Assembly (NCBI GenBank): GCA_030390025.1
Contig: CM059441.1
Location: 67,146,001 to 67,210,000, forward strand
Reading direction: 5' to 3'
DNA from: Squalus acanthias
Taxonomy: Eukaryota
DNA length: 64,000 nucleotides
A program made the translations under genes and the position numbers. Below the pieces are notes generated by a model, which saw only the letters and a program-made list of their open reading frames with translations, did not search any database and was not told the origin of the DNA. Shown piece by piece: positions 50,947-63,943 of the stretch; position 1 is the stretch's first letter, and each line of letters starts with the position of its first letter.

Positions 50947-53109
50947 AATCATCTGACTACAAGGTAAGAGCACTACCACTGGGCTAAGGTGATAATTATG
51001 ATCAATTGACACCCCTGCTACTTTCTGTACTTTTCTCCTACACCTTACTGATATTTTTTGTATGATTTCTGTTCCAGAACATTTGGTGCATCACATGATT
51101 CGAGGGCATTGCTATCCAAATTGCTGCCCGTGGGCCCAAGCAATCCAGCCTGCAAACCCCAGGCAACTGGATTGTATTGGCCGCTGATTGCTTTACTCAC
51201 CAGTTTGGCCCGTTTAAATTTCGTCGGTCTCACGGTTTGGAAAAAACACTGTTCTTACTCCTGCTCTGCCTTTAAGACCCTCCCTTAAAACCTGCCTCTT
51301 TATCCAAGCTTTCAGTCACCCAGCCGAATATCTCCTTTGGCTCAGTGTTAATTTGTGTCTAATTGCGGTCCTGCGAAGCGTCTTGGAACGTTTTCCTACA
51401 TCAAAGTTGTTGATGGTGTTCCCATGAGATTGCTGCTCTTCTGCTTTTCCATAGCAGAGGTCACAGGAGAGGGCGATAATGGCCCCCCCTTATTAATGGG
51501 GAAAGGTGCCGGGGTGGGGGTGTTAGGGCGTGGAAAATCTGGCAAGGTCGGGGACGTGGTGGCTCTGCTGATCTTAACTCAATAATGAGTGGCCCCATTT
51601 GTCCGATCAGAGAAGCCAAAGAGCTTGTACACAGCCTGAAACTCAGCGGGAAAATCACTTTAGGACCGGCAAAGAAGGAATTTGCAGTTAGACCGCAGCC
51701 CTGCCCCAAGGAGTCTGCCTCTGCTTTCTTAAAGCCCTGGTACTGTTTTCAGTTTTACTACAATTGGAGACTTAGTGAAGCGAAAGCACTTCACACTGAC
51801 TCTACCCTTGCACTCTCAATGTATGCCAACAGGTTGATACAGGATAGAAAGGGAAAGGGAAATGGAAACGCTTAATCCTGAGCACTATCAAGTTACAATA
51901 GATCTGCAGGATACTGCGACAAAGGTGGATCCAAGTAAAAAGGAGGTTGCGTTAAATACAAAGGGTTTACATTTAGAGAGATGAGCCTGATGTGTCAAAT
52001 TAATTCCCTCGACTCTATTTAATTCCCTCGCCTCTATTTATTTCTACTACATTTATATAATTACTCAGATTGGCACGGAGTTTATGTTGTTGCTAATTTC
52101 AATGTAATGAAGTTTCTAATCCGATTTAATTTGTCTTCAACAAGGATGACTCCATTCATCTGGACCTTGTTATCAGCTGCGACTGTGGTCTGTGCTCACA
52201 GCTGCCCTCAAGTGGGCAATGATGGTACAGCAGGGTGATTCACATAAAGCTGATGTTCTGCTTAACCATTTTAAAACCACTTACCGTCAATTTCCCGAAA
52301 ACAGCCAATCCGGATAATGTTAAAAAGGTAAATACTGCAGATGCTGGAAGTCTACAAAAGGGACATAAAATGCTGAAAGGAGGTCAAGTCAGCATCTGTG
52401 GTGAGAACAGATCAGACCAATCCAGAGCTGAAGAGGTGGATGGTCATATTAATACAAACCGAACAAGGGGAGGGGGACAAGCTGTATCGAGATGAGACAA
52501 GAAATAATGAGTGGAATGTTCTAAATGATCATACAGTAATGGACAGAAGTGTTAATAAAATCACAAACACATTTATAAAATAGTATTGTGAGCTCCAGTA
52601 ACGGGAGTGGAATGTCATTTCAGTTACAAACGTTTGCGGAGACCAAGTCAGTGCTTTCAGGACCATACCGTGGATTTACTAATCTCCACATTGTTAATCC
52701 ATGGTGTGGCCCTGAACTGTATACAAGGTCCCTGGTCTTTGAGTTGACCACAGTTGGCCTGTGACCATGAGGGGAACGGAGACTGGGGAAGCCTGCTCCT
52801 GACTGCTATGCTGTGCTTGTGACTGAGAGTGCTGAGTGATACTGGATTGGGCTCAACTGAGCTGCCCTCCCCCTGGTTGCATGCCCAGTCCAATACTCAG
52901 TACTAAACTTCAATTAAGTTTCAACACAAAAGCCTATCGTTCAAAACAGCCAAGGAGAAAAGGTGAGAAACTGGGATAGAGGAAGTGCTTCTAAAGGCCG
53001 AAAGATTGTCGGGAAGAAAGGAAGTCAGCACTCAATTGTACTGAGGTCCTGGGGAAAAGCACTCCAGGGTCTAGTTTATTTTGCATTTATTGTAGGGAGA
53101 CCTCATGTT

Positions 53110-53360
53110 TAAGTAATAAGTGGAATATTTATGCCACACCTTTATAAAGCACTGGTTAGACCTCCGCTGGAGTACTGTGTCCAATTCTGGGCATCACACT
53201 TTAGGAAGGACATCAAGGCCTTAGAGAGGGTGCAAAGATTTATGAGAATGATACCAGAGACAAGGGACCTTAGTTCTGTGGAAAGACTAGAGAAGCTGGG
53301 ATTGTTCTCCTTAGAGCAGAGAAAATTAAGGGAAAATTTAATAGTGTTCAAAATTGAGGG
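53110..53360 (+). mobile_element. CR1 fragment
   Basis: [33 protein letters not shown]. Confidence 0.8.
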
Positions 53361-55572
53361 GTTGAAATATTTGCAGACACTCAGTGAATTCATAAAAGAG
53401 GGTTGCCAAGATGGCTGTCAGTCAGATATAATGGTGTACAGTCAAGACAGCTGTACCCTGATACTGTATATAACACATTCCGTAAACACAAATTTTGTGA
53501 TAGTATCTACAAGGAGCAACATCTTCTGCGCCAGCCAGGCAGACCCCATGGTGACTGACAGCGAGCATCAAATGTTTCCTGACACAAACATCCAGCCCCA
53601 TCATCATTTCATGCTGACTTTTACATACATCCATATATTATATCAAAGTAGCTTTCAAAATTAAAGTGGAAAGTTTTGTCTTTCCTCCAAACAATAAAAA
53701 TATTAAAATTCATGCAATAATTCAGAATATTTACAACAGTGGTGTTATTGAATTTATGCCACTTGCGAGAAAGACCTCCATGTTTCATGAGCGTCGTTTT
53801 GTTCTTCATTCCCAATTTCTTCCCTCCCCTCCTGAAGGCAGACTCTTGCTGATTCTTCATGCGAGAGCCGAAAAGCAACAGTTAGCAGTCTCTTTGGCTT
53901 TGGAGGGCATCACAGCCAGGTCTGATCCTGTCCTTGCACAACACATTTACACGCTTACACTTTGCAGCAAGGGTCACTGGACAGTGAAGTCGGGCTGATT
54001 TTTCCCTTCTTACCCCAGTAGCACCAAGACTAATTGTACTGCTCCTGCTGAGATCTAATCAACTCGGAAGAGTACGGGGATTGAACCTGGGGTGAGAGTT
54101 ACTGGATACAACTTTCACAGTCTAAAAATAAACCCAGCAACACATTGATAATCAGTGCGCAATAATCCATTAACCACTTAAAACCAAGTAGGATTTAAGT
54201 TATTCATCTACATACCGTTGCGTTTGTATGTTCTGTAACTTTCATCCTCTTAGCACAATGATGAAAAGTAAACCGCTAAAGTTTACAGCATCAAAAAACG
54301 GAATCGACAGATTATTGAACGTATATAAATACTTTAATTTGTTCAGCTGATTCCAAAATTAAATCATCTTGGATAATTTTTTCTTTAAAAATCTGGACTG
54401 ATGGAATCTTTTCTATGTTAACATCGAAACATGATTGCCAGCAATTTTTGTTCACACTGTGGTGTTTGATAAATAGTTAATATATAAAATTAAAACAAAG
54501 TCAATTCACTGAATCTCGGAATAAGCAGCTTGAATTCAGCACTCGTCACTTACTGGGTTCAGTGTCATAAGTACTGGACCTTTGGCCAAACATTATGTAG
54601 CCTTAACGTTTTTCGATAATCCACTGACGCATCAAAATTACAACTGAATACAAGCTTAAAACATCAGCATGACAGAACCCAAATATCCTTGCATCATCAC
54701 TTTTTACTCCTATGCTTCCGTAGCCAGTATCTTTACCGTTTTACTGCAGAGCAGATTTGAAGTGTGACTTTTAAACCTTGCGCACTCCGCTAAATCTTTA
54801 ACCAAAGCAGTATTTTAAAATGGTGTGTGTTTTATTAAAACCTTTACCAGCTTTCCCAATAGCTTAACTAGTTCAGGCACGGAGTAGCTTCGCCATAAAG
54901 ATGAGGAAGGATCCAAGTTTGATCCTCTGTGGATTTATTTGATTTCAGTTGAGATACTACAACTGGGGTCAGCGCCCTTGGGATAGTTGGGGGAGAGGGA
55001 AGAAAAATTCAGTCAGGGTTTCTATCACTATCCTGCTGGATATGCACTTGTGTAGACTGTGGGTAATTATAAGGCTCCAAAGTAATGCCCCTTTGGATGA
55101 ATAGCCTGCCACCACTCACTGTCTCGGTTCCCAGATGACATCGAGGGAAGGAGAGAAATGGCAAAGAGACAGTGCAGAGAAAAAAGGACAGACGGGGGCC
55201 TCGGCTTAACGTCTCATCTGAAAGACGGCACCTCCGACAGTGCAGCACTCCCTCAGTATCAGCCTAGATTATATGCTCAAGTCTTTGGAGTGGGACTTGA
55301 ACCCACAACTTTCTGATTCAGAAGCGAGAGTGCGACCACTGAGCCAATATGATACACATGTCCACATGCATGCATCATATAGAGACTACTTCCCAAGATG
55401 CTTAGCATATGAATAGCTGTTTCATCAACATACAACTTACCAATTCTACAGCACACCGTGCAGGAGACATGTGTAAGCCACACAGAACCAGACATGGGTG
55501 AAGGGCCAGCGTTTACCCAGGGTGTACTGCATCAAGTGACAAATGTGCAACGTGCATTTTGCGAGAGGGTGT

Positions 55573-56270
55573 CATAAGAACATAAGAAATAGTAGCAGGA
55601 GTAGACCAATCGGCCCCTCGAGCCTGCTCCGCCATTCAATGAGATCATGGCTGATCTGATCCAACCTCAACTCTAAAGAACACAAGAAGCAGGAGCAGGA
55701 CCAGGCCACTCGGCCCCTGGGCCCGCTCCGCCACCCACAGGGCCTTGACCGATCCGAACTCAAACTCATGTCCAATTTCCAGCCCGCTCCCCGTAACCCC
55801 TGATTCCCTTTACTTCTAGGAAACGGTCTATTTCTGTTTTAAATTTATTTAATGAAGTAGCTTCCACAGCTTCCTGGGGTAGCAAATTCCACAGACCCAC
55901 TACCCTCTGAGTGAAAAAGTTTCTCCTCATCTCAGTTTTGAAAGAGGAGCCCCTTATTCTAAGATTATGTCCCCTAGTTCTAGTTTCACCCATCATTGGG
56001 AACATCCTCACCGCGTCCACCCGATCAAGCCCCTTCACAATCTTATATGTTTCAATAAGATCGCCTCTCATTCTTCTGAACTCCAATGAGTAGAGTCCCA
56101 ATCTACTCAACCTCTCCTCGTATGTCCACCCCCTCATCCCCGGAATTAACCGAGTGAACCTTCTTTGTACTGCCTCGAGAGCAAGTATGTCTTTTCTTAA
56201 GTATGGACACCAAAACTGTATGCAGTACTCCAGGTGCGGTCTCACCAATACCCTATACAACTGCAGCAAT
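55573..56270 (-). mobile_element. CR1 3' fragment plus a second CR1 tail, in the POLM 3' region
   Basis: Open ORF 55766-56269 of the ORF2 C-terminus; two consecutive 3' UTRs ending near 55677 and 55573. Confidence 0.9.
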
Positions 56271-56316
56271 ACCTCAGGATTTAGTCTCTGTACTTCTGCT
56301 GCTTGAATTCAGCAGA

Positions 56317-56427
<111 letters not shown>

Positions 56428-57015
56428 CTATTTATTTATATATAAATTTATTAAACAATCATACAATTAGCACAAATAATGTTACTTTGGTTTTAAGATG
56501 CTGGACTCTTAATGTAATTTCATTAAGGGGAATCCATTCAGAATTCACTGCATTCGAAGTGCAGTGGGTTGGCAGATTACTGCACTATACAGTGGAATGC
56601 TAAGGTATGGACCAATGCTTACGGTTTCCCACATCTGCAGTTCTATCTTACTTGGATTATTTTGTGGGTTAACGCTTTATGTAGGGATGGAGTGATTTTT
56701 TTTTACCTAAATTGGAGATTGAATCAATCTGAACTCCTCTCCAAGAGCAGCATGGGAAACACGAGGGAGCCGACGGCCAACCTTTCAATTGCTGTGGATC
56801 ACATCACCGAGTGCTGCGATGACAGTGAGGACGCCACAGGGAAAGCCCTGATATAACATTACTGAGAATCAGACAGCACAGGAGGAGGCCATTCAGCCCG
56901 CCATGCCTGTGCTGATACCACAGTCACATACCGCATTTCACGGATAGCTGAGTGGATTCCACTTCTTCAAAATTGTTTGGTAGGTTGCGAGCCAAAGATT
57001 TGGATTTCTTCCTAC

Positions 57016-57099
57016 CTGTTCATTATCAAACAAAGAATGGCTGTTCAGACTCATGTGCTTGAAGTGCTTAGCGTATCTGCGTAGGTCTCGTTCAAAGAG
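57016..57099 (-). CDS. POLM: DNA polymerase mu, thumb exon (not in the ORF track)
   Basis: CTGTAG|LFERDLRRYAKHFKHMSLNSHSLFDNEQ|GTAGG; NSH motif is POLM-type; 84 nt. Confidence 0.9.
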
Positions 57100-58344
57100 C
57101 TACAGGACGCAAGGAGGAGGAAACAAGAAACTGTCATTGAAACCAAGTCAAAATGGAGAGAGCTTTCCTCTTCTGAAGTGAATGGATTTCTATCTCTGAT
57201 TTTCTGCATTTCCAGATGATGTGTGTTACCCTCTTTCCCACCCCCCCAACCAGTTTTCTCCTCTTCCTCATCTAAAGTCTTTGACTCTTGCTGGTGTCAG
57301 TTGCTTTCCCATACTTCACTCAAATGGCCATTCTTCAATTGTGAGCCTAGATTGAGTGCGTCAACTGCAGGGACATAACAGCAAAGCCCACACATTCATG
57401 TGGACACGCTTCTTACAGGAGTCGTGCATATTATTCAGGAGTGGAAACCCCTGGCTGGTTTGCTGTTCCCTACTCCAGGGGTGCTGATGCCAACTGAAAT
57501 GTCCTGTTATCCCAGCTGCAATCAGGTAACGCATTACAAGCTGGGACCCTAATGGTGTGCAAAAATTTTATAGATACAAAATGCTATGGAACTCGCTACC
57601 ACGTGGTGTGGTTGAGGGAAATAGCATAGCTGCATTTAAGGGAAAGCTCGATAAGTACACGAGGGAGAAAGAAATAGAAGATATGTGGATAGGGTGAGCT
57701 GAAGTAAGGGGAGAGGAGGCTTGTGTGGAGCATAAACACCGGCATGGACCTGTTGGGCTGAAGGCCCGTTTCTGTGCTGTAAATTCTAAGTAATATTAAA
57801 CATAGTTTGTTAACTAGCTTTCAAACTAAACTCAGATTCTTATGAAAATGAAGTATGATGTATTTTATTTTTAAGATATGCCTCAGTCCATCTCTAAAGC
57901 TCCAACAAGCTTATCTAGCAATCAATTGAGCTATTATAGACCATGAACGTTTCAGGTTCAATCTTAGTACATTCAGACTGAGCTGATCACAACTGGGGTG
58001 GTGGCATAGACACAACTGGACTTAGCACCACTGGAGGGGACAAGCCAGAGTTTCTATTTCTGATTGATATGCAGCCAATCCTGTAAAGGTGCATCATGGA
58101 TGTCAAGCGATGGCAGTAATGCTCAAAGTGCCTGCCAACACTCCGGGCTGCAAATAGTGGCACCACTATTCCTGGCCAGAATGGAGACGATTGGGTAATT
58201 TCCCCCGTCAATCACGCCTGGAGACCGTACTTCTGTAAGCGATCGGGATTGATTTTACGCACATAATTTGTTTGTTACTATCCTCCACTCACTGCAATTT
58301 GCTGAAGAAATCACCCTGCTTTTATCGGGAGAAGTTGCTGCAGT

Positions 58345-58865
58345 TTCATAGAGTCATAGAGTTATACAGCACAGAAAGAGGCCCATCGTGTCCGCACCGG
58401 CCATCAAGCCCTGTCTATTCTAATCCCATTTTCCAGCACTTGGTCCGTAGCCTTGTATGCTATGGCGTTTCAAGTGCTCATCTAAATGCTTCTTGAATGT
58501 TGTGAGGGTTCCTGCCTCTACCACCCTTTCAGGCAGTGAGTTCCAGATTCCAACCACCCTCTGGGTGAAAAAGTTTTTCCTCAAATCCCCTCTAAACCTC
58601 CTGCCCCTTACCTTGAAACTATGCCCCCTGGTTATTGACCCATCTACTAAGGGGGAAAGTTCCTTTCTATCTACCCTATCTATGCCCCTCATAATTTTGT
58701 ACACCTCAATCAGGTCCCCCCTCAGCCTTCTCTGCTCTAAGGAAAACAACCTCAGCCTGTCCAGTCTCTCTTCATAGCTGAAACGCTCCGGCCCAGGTAA
58801 CATCCTGGTGAATCTCCTCTGCACCCTCTCCAATGCAATCACATCCTCCTATAGTGTGGCGACCA
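58345..58865 (-). mobile_element. CR1 3' fragment
   Basis: [16 protein letters not shown]...RKNFFTQRVVGIWNSLP. Confidence 0.9.
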
Positions 58866-59020
58866 GAACGACCAGTCATGAGTTCTGTTTGTTGAAGTTC
58901 ATAGAGACTCCTTTTAAATAGACTCTGTAGACTGTTTGCCGTAGTGCACTGTTCAAACACACTATTTGCTGAGTAAATAGACCCTGTTTGCTGTAAAATA
59001 GATTGTTTGCTGTGACCCCT

Positions 59021-59050
59021 GCCTTAAGTCCCGCCGCCTTAAGTCCCGCC
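59021..59050. repeat. 15-bp tandem duplication
   Basis: GCCTTAAGTCCCGCC x2. Confidence 0.9.
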
Positions 59051-59644
59051 CGCCTCCAACTCATTATTGACACAGTGGTGCCAATAGACATTCTGAACAC
59101 TCACTGCCAGGACTGAAACATAAATAATGATGATACAGGCAAGGTAAAGAACCATACTCCAGCCAGAAGCAAAACACCTTCAGTAGGGGAGGGAGAAAAA
59201 ATGGCAAGAAATAAAAGTACTGCCGCAGGACCGCTTGCATCAAAATCAACAGAGGAAGAAAATTTTGTAAATCCAGCTTTCCGCACCAGGTTGCAATACC
59301 TGCCATAAATTGCCGTGGCTTGTACATCAGTGCACCATACCAGTGCACTCTCTTTTTCTGGTCTCCCATCTCCTGCCAATAGATTATTAAAAGGTCCTCC
59401 AGTACCTCACCCAAGTATCCATATTTTATGCCCAAGTCTACAGCAGGTAATTTGACTGTGGGCAGCATTAGAGTCAAGTTTAATCATTTTCTCACCCAAC
59501 ATCCACACACGCATGTCTACTTCCAGCAGAGATCACTGGATGTTGGTTAGGATCAGGAACCCTGGGTGGTTTTCCCCCTACTCCAGGTGAGCTGAGGCCA
59601 AATGCATGTTCATACTGCCACCCAAGCCAAGATCAGCTAACTCA

Positions 59645-60410
59645 ACAACAACTTGGATTTATATAGTGACTTTAATGTAGACAAACGTCCCAAGACATTT
59701 CACAGAGGCATAATCAGACAAAAACGGGCACCGAGACAAAGAAGGGGGTGTGACCAAGGAGATGTGGTCAAAGAGGTGGGTTTTAAGGAGGATTTTAAAG
59801 AAGGCGAGGAATGTAGAAAGGCAGAGGGGTTGAAGGGAGGGAATTCCAGAGCGTGGGGCCTAAATAGCCCAAGGTACGAAAGCCAATGGCGAGATGAAGG
59901 GAATGGGAGTTGTAGGGCTGGAGGAGGTTACCAAGATAGGTGAGGAGCAAGCCATGAAGGGATTTAAACACGAGGGCGATAATTTTAAATTTGAGGCGAT
60001 AGGGGACCAGGAGCCAATGTCGGGCAGAAAGGACAGGGGGCGATGGCTGAGCGGTGCTTGGTGCAGTTAGGATACGGGCAGCAGAATTTCGGGAGAGCTG
60101 ACGGTCATGGAGGGTGCAGGATAGGAGGCCAGCCAGAAGGGCATTTGAATAGTCAAGCCTGGCGGTGAGGGTTTCAGTATCGGATGGGCTGAGGTAGGAG
60201 CGGAGGTGGGCAATGTGATGGAGGTGGAAGTAGGAATACTTTGAGAGGATATGGGGTTGGAAGCTCAAATCAGGTTTCAATAGGATGCCGAGATTGCAAA
60301 CAGTCTGGTTGAGCCTCAGACAGGTGTTGGGGAGGGGATGGAATTGATGGCAAGCGTATGGAGTTTGTGGCGACGGCTTCAGTCTCCTCACTGTTTAACT
60401 GGAGGAAATC
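59645..60410 (-). mobile_element. Decayed L2 fragment
   Basis: RLDYSNALLAGL, RLKFKIIALVFKSLHGL, LWNSLP. Confidence 0.8.
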
Positions 60411-60955
60411 CTCATCTTCCTGCAATATTTCTGTTTTGCTGGTAATTCTAACCAATCATACTGAAGAAAGGAAAGAACTTGTATTTGTGTAGTACCTGAT
60501 CACATCCTCAGGGCATCCCAACACATCTTACAACCAATGGATTACTTTTGAAGTACAGTCGCTGCTGTTATGTGGGTAAAATCGGCAGCTGATTTGCACA
60601 CAGCAAGGTCTCACGACCAGCAAATGTTGGCCAGGAGAACCTGCTCTTCTTCAAATCGTGTCATAAGATCTTTTGTGGTCAAATGAGCAGGCAAATGGGC
60701 CCCGGTTTAATGTCTCACCTGAAAGACGGCTCCTCTGATGCCGCAGTTATCATTGCGAGTGTCAACCTAGATTATGCACTCAAATCCCGAGTGGGGCTTG
60801 AACCCACAATCTTGCGAGTCAGAAGCAAGAGTACTCTCATCTGATCCAAGCTGACAATATTTAAACAGGTTCAATATTAATAATATCCATAAGTCACTGT
60901 GCAAACACAATCATACATACTTGGTCACTTAACGCGGCACCTTCCACAGACAATA

Positions 60956-61136
60956 GAACTGAAAATGCTGGAAATACAGAGCATGTCTATCAGTGTCTGA
61001 AAAAGAAAAGACGGGCTGTTTTGAATCAAGAGCCTTTGTCAATTCTGACGAAGGGGATTGATCCAAATGTCTTTCTCAGTTGCTAACCAATCAGCTGTGT
61101 AATTCAGATTTTCAGCAGAGTTCTGCTTTTTATTTC
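60956..61136. mobile_element. Old, decayed fold-back PLE derivative in a POLM intron
   Basis: GAAAATGCTGGAAATAC left arm, CTGACGAAGGG at 61045, decayed right arm ending TTCTGCTTTTTATTTC. Confidence 0.55.
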
Positions 61137-61181
61137 TCTATTAGACAACAGTTGTGTCTTACTATATTCAATTATACTTAC

Positions 61182-61514
61182 CCGTGAACCTGTCCATCCC
61201 AATAAGGCATAGGCATACTGGCCAAAGGGGGCAATGACCAGGTCCACTCTCACAGCCTTCCAGTCCTTACCCCTTGCTGCAGCAGCAGTTACCGGCCGAG
61301 TCGCCCCTGCATGGCCAGCAAGTCCAATTCCCTGAGTCTCGTTCACAGCCAAAGAGTCACGATTGCTTGGTCGGTTAGGTTCTAGATTAGTTACCGCCTC
61401 CTTCTTCAGTTTGAAGATAGAAAAACATTTTGTAAAGTGATCAAATATCTCGGGCTCCTTGTTTTTCCACTTTTGGTAACTGTTGTCTATGATGTCATCA
61501 TACAGTATCAGTCC
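61182..61514 (-). CDS. POLM: DNA polymerase mu, Loop1/third catalytic Asp exon (111 aa)
   Basis: TTTAG|GLILYDDIIDNSYQKWKNKEPEIFDHFTKCFSIFKL...WKAVRVDLVIAPFGQYAYALLGWTGSR|GTAAG; 333 nt. Confidence 0.9.
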
Positions 61515-61644
61515 CTAAAATAATTGTAAAACAGACTTGTAACTTAACATTTACTTTTCCACAGTTCTACTCTCCTCTCAAAGGCTGGCTGCATGAAAAA
61601 TGTCCAGGTTGTTGAAAACATTCATTATGCAAGGATCTTGCGGT

Positions 61645-61962
61645 TATCCGAGATCTCGGCGCTCCTCTAATTCTGCCCTCTTGAGCATCCTCGATTTTAA
61701 TCGCTCCACCATTGGTGGCCGTGCCTTCAGCTGCCTAGGCCCTAAGCTCTGGAATTCCCTCCCTAAACCTCTCTGCCTCGCTACCTCTTTTTCCTCCTTC
61801 AAGACGCTCCTTAAAACCTACCTCTTTGACCAAGCTTTTAATCATCTGCCCTAATATCTCTATGTAGCTCGGTATCAAATTTTGTCTGATAACACTCCTG
61901 TGATGCGCCTTGGGACATTTTACTACGTTAAAGTCTCTATATAAATGCAAGTTGTTGTTGTA
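61645..61962 (+). mobile_element. L2 3' end
   Basis: GGRAFSCLGPKLWNSLP...FKTLLKTYLFDQAF; tail ATAAATGCAAGTTGTTGTTG. Confidence 0.85.
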
Positions 61963-62299
61963 GTTACAGAGAACTAGATTAATTACAACATTAATTACAA
62001 AACCTTTGTTGACAATATTAAAAGAACACTTTTCCTATTAACTTGTTTTGCAAACAGTTCCTTCTCAAAATCTTTCAAAACAATTTTAAATATAAAAATA
62101 GCTTTGGAAAAAGCAAATGAAAAACATTAAAATGATGATAACAAGACTATTGGATGTGTTCTGTGGGTATCTCCATGCCTGACTCCATCAGAATGCAGCT
62201 TCTCTACGAAAACCAAGGCCTACTTCTGGTGTGGTGCTAAGATATATAGTCCAGATCTCAGGGCCTAATCCCCAGTTTGTGCTGAGTTAGCTCATCTCA

Positions 62300-62860
62300 C
62301 TCTGCCTCCAATGGTGGGACACAGGGAGGGGAGATGTGCACAAGCGGCAGGAGTCGGAAGACCGAAAGGTACCGGAGGGAATGTAAAGCTGGAGAAGGTT
62401 GCAGAGATAGGGTAGGGAAGGGTGAGGCGATGGAGGTTAATAGAAGATAGGATTTAATCTTAACGTTTTGGGGGAACAGGGAGAAATTGTAGGACAGCAA
62501 GGAGAGGAGTGACGTGCAAGAGGGTCGGGATTCCGACAGCTGAGTTTTGAACAGGCTGGAGTTTATGGAGGGTGCTAGGCCAGTAAGGACAACACTGAAA
62601 AAAAATCAAGTCTGGAGCTAACAAAAGTATGGGTAAGGGTTCCAGCGGCAGCGAGATAGGTGTGGTGGCCGGCAATGTTATGGAAGTGGAAATAAGCGAC
62701 GTTGGAGATGTTTAGGATGGCAGGTTTGAAGCGGAGCTCGAGGCTGAACAGGATGCCAAGGTTTCACATACGCTGGTTCAGCTTGAGCAGGGGGCTAGGG
62801 AGCGGGTGGAGACAGTGTGAAGGGAACAGAGTTTATGCAAGAGACCAAAAATGATGGTCC
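62300..62860 (-). mobile_element. Heavily decayed L2 fragment
   Basis: STLHKLQPVQNSAV; similar by eye to 43800-44340. Confidence 0.55.
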
Positions 62861-63840
62861 CTGATGAGTACCCCAGCATCAGTCAGTTCTTTTGCTGTTT
62901 GTTGAGTAACTCATTATTGGCCAGTGGAATAGAAAGAGACAAAATAGAATCAATAATCAAGATGTAGAGAGAAAGCTAACTACACTCCCACCCATCTAGA
63001 ACTCTGGATAATAAAAGCACAGCAATATTATGCAGCACAGTTTAATAGCATGGGCAGGAAAGGGGGGGAAAAAAAAAGAGGGACAGTAGTCCATGGCAAA
63101 TCTTAAAAGGGTGTGGGTTCACCTAATTTCCCCAAAATTTAGATTAGTTTCCCCAATCTAAAACATGCTGCCATGGGGAGATGACAAACAAAAATCTCTT
63201 ACTTCAGGGAAAGTCAGAGGGACAGTAACCGAAGACAGAACTGTATAACTTACCCCAGTCTTAACCTTGAACCGCGTCAGTCTCTAGCTTTTCTCCCACC
63301 TTCTCCGAGCTCAGCTTGTCCAAGGGACCCACCTCCTGCTCTGTTGACCCACATTCCCATTAAACTGCTGATCATCCAACTTCCCTTTCTGGCCCGCATT
63401 CTAGCTGGTATTGTCAATGGTTCCCAGTCAGGTTTCCGCCTCTGCTACAGCACTGAAACGGTTCTAATGAAAGTCACAAATGGCATCCTGTGACTGCGAC
63501 CACGGTATTAACTCAGTACACGCCTCAGCCTTCTCGATCTCTGCAGCCTGTGACACGGTTAGCCACACCATCCTCTTCCAACGCCACTCCTTCACTGTCC
63601 ATCAGTGTGGGACTGCCCTTGGTTTCTTTTACTCTTAAAAATCAAAAAAGTTCTAGATACCAGAGATATTAAATGTTTTGGGACTACTAGCCTATTAGCA
63701 GCAAACTTCTGAAACTCACTCCCCGTAAGTGTGGCTAACGCATCTCACATCAGTTTGATCCACTTCCAAGTTGAAGAGCTTTAAGGGTCTAAATTATCTC
63801 TTGGGACATTGCCAAAGTTAATAAAATGTCTGAGGCATAC

Positions 63841-63943
63841 CTGGGTGGCCATCCAACTAATCACTTGGTAAACAAGACCCTCTTCCTTGCCTTCCTCTGG
63901 GTGAGTTATAAGAAAGTCAACATCATGGCCAGACTCCTCCTCT
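63841..63943 (-). CDS. POLM: DNA polymerase mu, exon with catalytic GHDVD motif (gene continues beyond window end)
   Basis: TTCAG|A EEESGHDVDFLITHPEEGKEEGLVYQVISWMATQ|GTATGC; ITHP is POLM-type (human TdT has ITSP). Confidence 0.88.
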
